This document shows positions 60,222 through 64,000 of a stretch of DNA of 64,000 nt, one piece after another. Every line of letters starts with the position of its first letter. The stretch's first letter is position 1. Made by a program: the position numbers and the translations under genes. A model generated the notes under the pieces. That model made no database searches. It was not told the DNA's origin and saw nothing but the letters and a program-made list of their open reading frames with translations. This DNA comes from Candidatus Poriferihabitaceae bacterium (lineage in GTDB: Bacteria > Pseudomonadota > Gammaproteobacteria > Arenicellales > Poriferihabitantaceae), in contig OZ241878.1 of assembly GCA_965203365.1 (NCBI GenBank), positions 2,502,174 through 2,566,173 on the forward strand. The letters are read 5' to 3'.

Positions 60222-61838
60222 CTACTCCTCCGTCTTCAGGTTCGCCCCGAAGCCACCGACCATCTTGCCCACACCGCCGTACTCGGTATAGAAGTTCCCG
60301 GTCATCACCTTCGGGCGCAAGGTCCCGCCGCGACCGCTATCCTGCTGGGTGAATTTTCCGGTCCAGTTGCCAGAGGCATCCGCAGCGGTCCCGCCGATGG
60401 TCCACTTGGTCCTTTCGGTCGCTTTCCAGTCGCCTATGTTTTCCGTGGTCGAGTTCTTGATCTCCGCCGACATCAGTTCGACCGACCAGTCCCGCTGGCT
60501 TTCCGGCGACGTCCCGAGGGCGCCGGTCCGGAAGTTGCTGAGGGTCCCCTTGATCTTCTGGGTATCGAAGTTCGCTTCAAGCATGGCGTCTGCAACGAAC
60601 TGGCCGGCGTCGTTGGTTCCGCCGGTAGGGCTGTGCAGCGCGTACAGGCCGGCGGACCCGCCCTCATACGTCGCCTTTCCCTTCACCAAATCGCCATTTG
60701 CAGTACCGACAGTTATGTCATTTAGTGACGGCCGCTCGCCATAGAACGCACTCGCGGTCCAGGGGCCGTCCCCGGACTTCTTGAGCCACCAGCCGTACAT
60801 CGACCAGGCAGTATAGTCTATCTGCATTATCTTGGCCTTCGGATCATCGGCCTTGAACGTCCAGTCCGCCAGGGTGTTCGCGTAATTGTTTTCGTCCTCC
60901 CCGAGAAGGTCGACGCCTTCCTCACCCTCTGAGTTGATGGACAATCGCGCGGCGCACTTGTGGTCGGCGGCGGTGGGCGTGCACCGGAAGGTGCCGGGGA
61001 TGCCGTAGTAGGTGCCCTTGATCGTCACCTCGGTGCCACCACCCAGTTCGTATACCTTGTACCCGCTCGTGATGCCAAAGCCAGCGCGTCCGATCCCATT
61101 TCCGTTGGAATACAGGGCAGCCTTGTCCAATACCCCGGTCGTATCGTCATACTCGTTGCCGTGCTTGTCCTCAAGCGTCTGGAACTCGCCTTCCGAAACA
61201 TCGCCGTAGACATAGGCCTCGTAGGTATCCCGACCGTCGGTCAAGGTGTACTTCTCTCCCCTCCAGCCCTTGATGGCCGGGACCATCGCCTCCTTGTCCG
61301 TCTTCAGTTCCTTCACGACCTTCTCGATCTGCACCCTGAGCACCTGGCTGGCAAAGATCGCATTCCGCCGGCCCGTGAATTCACTGGTGCGACCCCCGGT
61401 GCGCCTGAAAATGCCGTGATACAGCTTGCCCGCCGTCTCCTTCATCGCCGCGGCATCGGCCATCCTCTTTTTCTCCAGGGCGGCCGTGCGGGACACCTTC
61501 GCGGCGTCAAGCCTCGCCTGAAGCCTCCCGAGCCGCTCGTTGAGGTCGAGGTCGGCCCGCTGCGCGGCAGGCACCTTGTCGACGGCCGCCGCGGCCGCCT
61601 TCACCTTCGCCTCGGCGTCGGTGACCTTGGCGACATCGGCCGTGTCCGTCACCATGCCGACAGCCGTCTCCGCCGCCTTGAGGTCCTTGTCCGCCGCGTC
61701 AGCAAGTTGCGCCGGGGTCATCTCGGGTGTCATCTCGCCGTCGTTCGGGGCCGTCGCCGGACCGCTGCCGCCCCCGCAGCCCGCCAAGGCCAACCCAGCG
61801 GCCAGCAAGACCGCCATTAAGACATTGTGTTTGTTCAT
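60222..61838 (-). CDS. Surface lipoprotein delta' (TbpB/fHbp-like, intact)
   Basis: Same signal and lipobox; roughly 65% identical to delta by eye after residue ~60. YGWWLKK motif and barrel signature GKATYEGGSAGLYA...GNFYTEYGGVGKMVGGFGA. Confidence 0.85.
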   Translation of the reverse strand: MNKHNVLMAVLLAAGLALAGCGGGSGPATAPNDGEMTPEMTPAQLADAADKDLKAAETAVGMVTDTADVAKVTDAEAKVKAAAAAVDKVPAAQRADLDLNERLGRLQARLDAAKVSRTAALEKKRMADAAAMKETAGKLYHGIFRRTGGRTSEFTGRRNAIFASQVLRVQIEKVVKELKTDKEAMVPAIKGWRGEKYTLTDGRDTYEAYVYGDVSEGEFQTLEDKHGNEYDDTTGVLDKAALYSNGNGIGRAGFGITSGYKVYELGGGTEVTIKGTYYGIPGTFRCTPTAADHKCAARLSINSEGEEGVDLLGEDENNYANTLADWTFKADDPKAKIMQIDYTAWSMYGWWLKKSGDGPWTASAFYGERPSLNDITVGTANGDLVKGKATYEGGSAGLYALHSPTGGTNDAGQFVADAMLEANFDTQKIKGTLSNFRTGALGTSPESQRDWSVELMSAEIKNSTTENIGDWKATERTKWTIGGTAADASGNWTGKFTQQDSGRGGTLRPKVMTGNFYTEYGGVGKMVGGFGANLKTEE

Positions 61839-62000
61839 GTTCAGTTCACGTTGCAGATTTGGTATTCCGAGGCCCTGCCGGTCCGGCTGCCCGGGAACCC
61901 GGCCAAGGTGTGCACACCCTGGCCGAACCCAAACACCAACCTGCATTGCATCGCTTGATCAGCCGCCCTGCGCTCAAACGTTCGGGCAGACTGACCGGCA

Positions 62001-62035
62001 ACTGTACCCCCCCCCCCCCCCCCCCCTCCTGTCAA
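62001..62035 (-). promoter_or_regulatory. Putative delta' promoter with a G20 tract in the spacer
   Basis: On the minus strand: TTGACA (62030-62035), gga plus G20 (C-run 62007-62026) giving a 23-nt spacer, then TACAGT (62001-62006). Confidence 0.45.
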
Positions 62036-62224
62036 GCCTCAGGACCATTCTGCAGCCATTCCCGCCAAGGACATCCCCCGGTGGATTCGGCGGGATGTCC
62101 TGGCGCCCCCGCCCGCAGGGGAAATCTGCGGACAGGACGGCCCCGCCAGCGGGCGGCCGGATCGACGATAGGCCCTGGGTTTCCTGAAGCACCGGCCGAT
62201 CCCCCACTCGGTCACGGCATCAAG

Positions 62225-62630
62225 TCAGGCCGGGTCGAAGGGCTCCCCATCAGGCGGGCGGTGCCCGAACACGATGGCTTGGGACCCCGTCTCCCCGTCC
62301 GGGAGGGGGAACCCCCCGAACCCGCCGCGCCACGGTCTCCCCCCGCGGGGGGGACGACCCGACTTCACCCGGGCGGCCTGGCACAGCGCACCGCACCGCT
62401 GCGGCACCGGATCGATGAGGAATGCCCGCCTCGTCCGATGGGCGAACCCCGCCGCCAGATGTTGCTTGCCGTGACCGAAGGGGTGGTACCAAGCCATCCC
62501 CTGGGTTCTTCAGGGGGTTGAAGGGTTCGTTCTCAATCCGCCAGCGGGCGGTCGGGATGGCGTCCTCGGACAGCCAGTCGGCGGCGGACTTTTCGGGCGT
62601 ATCCCGAGCGGCGCGTTGCAGATCGAACAC
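62225..62630 (-). mobile_element. DDE transposase C-terminal remnant (RWRIENE...FGHGKQHL type), frameshifted
   Basis: ARWRIENEPFNPLKNPG, then in another frame YHPFGHGKQHLAAGFA...AFLID. Confidence 0.55.
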
Positions 62631-63064
62631 GCGCCAAGCGACGACGGCATCCAGGGCCTTTCAACATATGACACTTATATCCGAACTCATTCTCGCTTTC
62701 TCTCACCGAGGGCATCGCGCACCAGCACAGCCCAGTTCAGTCGTTCGAGTCTCTGCCAGACCTGCTTCGCCCCTGGCAGCGGCCTCACAACTCAGGGCGA
62801 TTCTTTATGTCCGGGCGGTCATGATCGGGCGTTGAATCGGGGCTGGCCATTTCGTTTTTGATGGGGATTGTAGCGGCCATGATCCGTCTTGCGCCCCCGG
62901 ATATGTCCATCGAGCTGCGGGCGGTCACGGCCCTCTCAACCCAAGGCGAGCGTGAGCACCGGTGCTGGGATCGTAAAGAATAGCCCTGCCAATCTCCTCG
63001 GTTTCATTGACTTTTTGAGGCTAACGGGAATCACTGACCGGATGCCAGTTACCCCACTCTTCGG

Positions 63065-63200
63065 GTGCGAGCGGGACGAGCCCGTTGGCGCATCGAGAAC
63101 GAGACCATCAAACCCCTGAAGAACCCATGGGATGGCATGGATTTCGGGGCATTGAGCCACCGCCATGGACATACGGCGTCAGCCCCGGACTGGCTGGCCA
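63065..63200 (+). mobile_element. Second remnant of the same transposase type (inverted)
   Basis: ARWRIENETIKPLKNPWDGMDFG. Confidence 0.45.
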
Positions 63201-63447
63201 ACTGGCAAAGTGCGTTCCCGTCAAGCGTACGTAGAAGATCAAGGGCGTGGGGGGCGGCATTAGCGTCGATCAAACAAAGAACCGGCGGGGCCCGCATCAG
63301 ATGATATGGGTCATACCCTGCTTCAAACCCAGTCCAGAATTGTGCCAGACAAATCAGGCCATCATGCCCTTGTCGTACCCAATCAAAGTTCGGTACTCTG
63401 TTCCCTCCCCCACCAAGACCCGCAGGCGACCTGCGCGAACCCGCTTG

Positions 63448-64000
63448 ATGACCGACTCACCCGCACATCCACCGGCCAGGCGAGAGGAGATCCTGATCAA
63501 CGTCACGCCCCAGGAAACCCGGGTGGCGACCCTGGAGAACGGCCTGCTGCAGGAAATCTACGTGGAACGGGTCAAGAACAAGGGGATTGTGGGCAATATC
63601 TATTTTGGCAAGGTGGTTCGGGTGTTGCAGGGGATGCAGGCCGCCTTCGTCGACATTGGTCTGGAACGGACCGCCTTCCTGCATGCCCGCGACCTTCTGC
63701 CTCGCCGCGAGGGGAGATCCCCACTGCAGCAGATGGATGAGGGAACCAACATCACTTCACTGCTCACGGAAGGGCAGGATCTGGTGGTGCAGGTGGTCAA
63801 GAATCCCCTGGGGGCCAAAGGAGCCCGCCTGACCGGCCAGATCAGCATTCCCTCTCGCAACCTTGTCTACCTGCCGACCCAGGACTACACGGGCGTCTCC
63901 CAACGCATCCGGGACGCCGCCACCCGCCATCGACTGCTGAAGGAACTGGATCGGCTCAAGGGCGAATGCCGGGTCGCCGGAGGCTTTATCATCCGAACCG
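63448..64000 (+). CDS. rng: Ribonuclease G (5' part; runs off the right edge)
   Basis: MTDSPAHPPARREEILINVTPQETRVATLENGLLQEIYVERVKNKGIVGNIYFGKVVRVLQGMQAAFVDIGLERTAFLH... aligns by eye with E. coli RNase G. Confidence 0.9.
   Translation, partial: MTDSPAHPPARREEILINVTPQETRVATLENGLLQEIYVERVKNKGIVGNIYFGKVVRVLQGMQAAFVDIGLERTAFLHARDLLPRREGRSPLQQMDEGTNITSLLTEGQDLVVQVVKNPLGAKGARLTGQISIPSRNLVYLPTQDYTGVSQRIRDAATRHRLLKELDRLKGECRVAGGFIIRT

Overview
High-GC (~64%) proteobacterial window with four parts. (1) 1-21.4 kb holds the backbone of a PFGI-1/ICEclc-type integrating conjugative element (ICE) on the minus strand: a PFL_4697-like gene, traD, PFL_4695/4693-like genes, pilL, a tyrosine recombinase, DUF3577, a PFL_4669-like gene, DUF2857 and parB. 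It also holds a divergent CI/LexA-type S24 repressor, an AAA/PD-(D/E)XK cargo gene, and a displaced mating-pair block (traG, PFL_4711/4710/4709-like) cut off at ~21.44 kb. (2) 21.4-42.6 kb is an IS-riddled island with one Slam (DUF560) outer-membrane translocon and a multigene family of TbpB/fHbp-like surface lipoproteins (SLPs). Across the whole window I count 13 SLP copies. Four are intact (here called alpha1, beta1, delta, delta'). One (gamma, next to Slam) has a single in-frame TAG. Eight are promoterless or truncated. They sit in nested kb-scale, near-identical inverted repeats around two promoter-bearing expression sites, and the copies are mosaics of one another. (3) 42.6-56.7 kb holds a decayed IS30, purL, dapA, an SLP fragment, an IS5 remnant, two DUF1640 genes that differ by a 33-bp coding repeat expansion, a GFA pseudogene and the TRAP transporter dctPQM. 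(4) 56.9-62.0 kb holds a convergent SLP pair whose promoter spacers carry G9 and G20 tracts. IS remnants and the 5' end of rng follow. The most interesting signal is a possible SLP variation system that combines inversion or gene conversion among cassettes with homopolymer promoter switches. IS-driven decay is the main alternative explanation. No rRNA, tRNA or CRISPR array was found. All family names come from motif recognition by eye; no searches were run.
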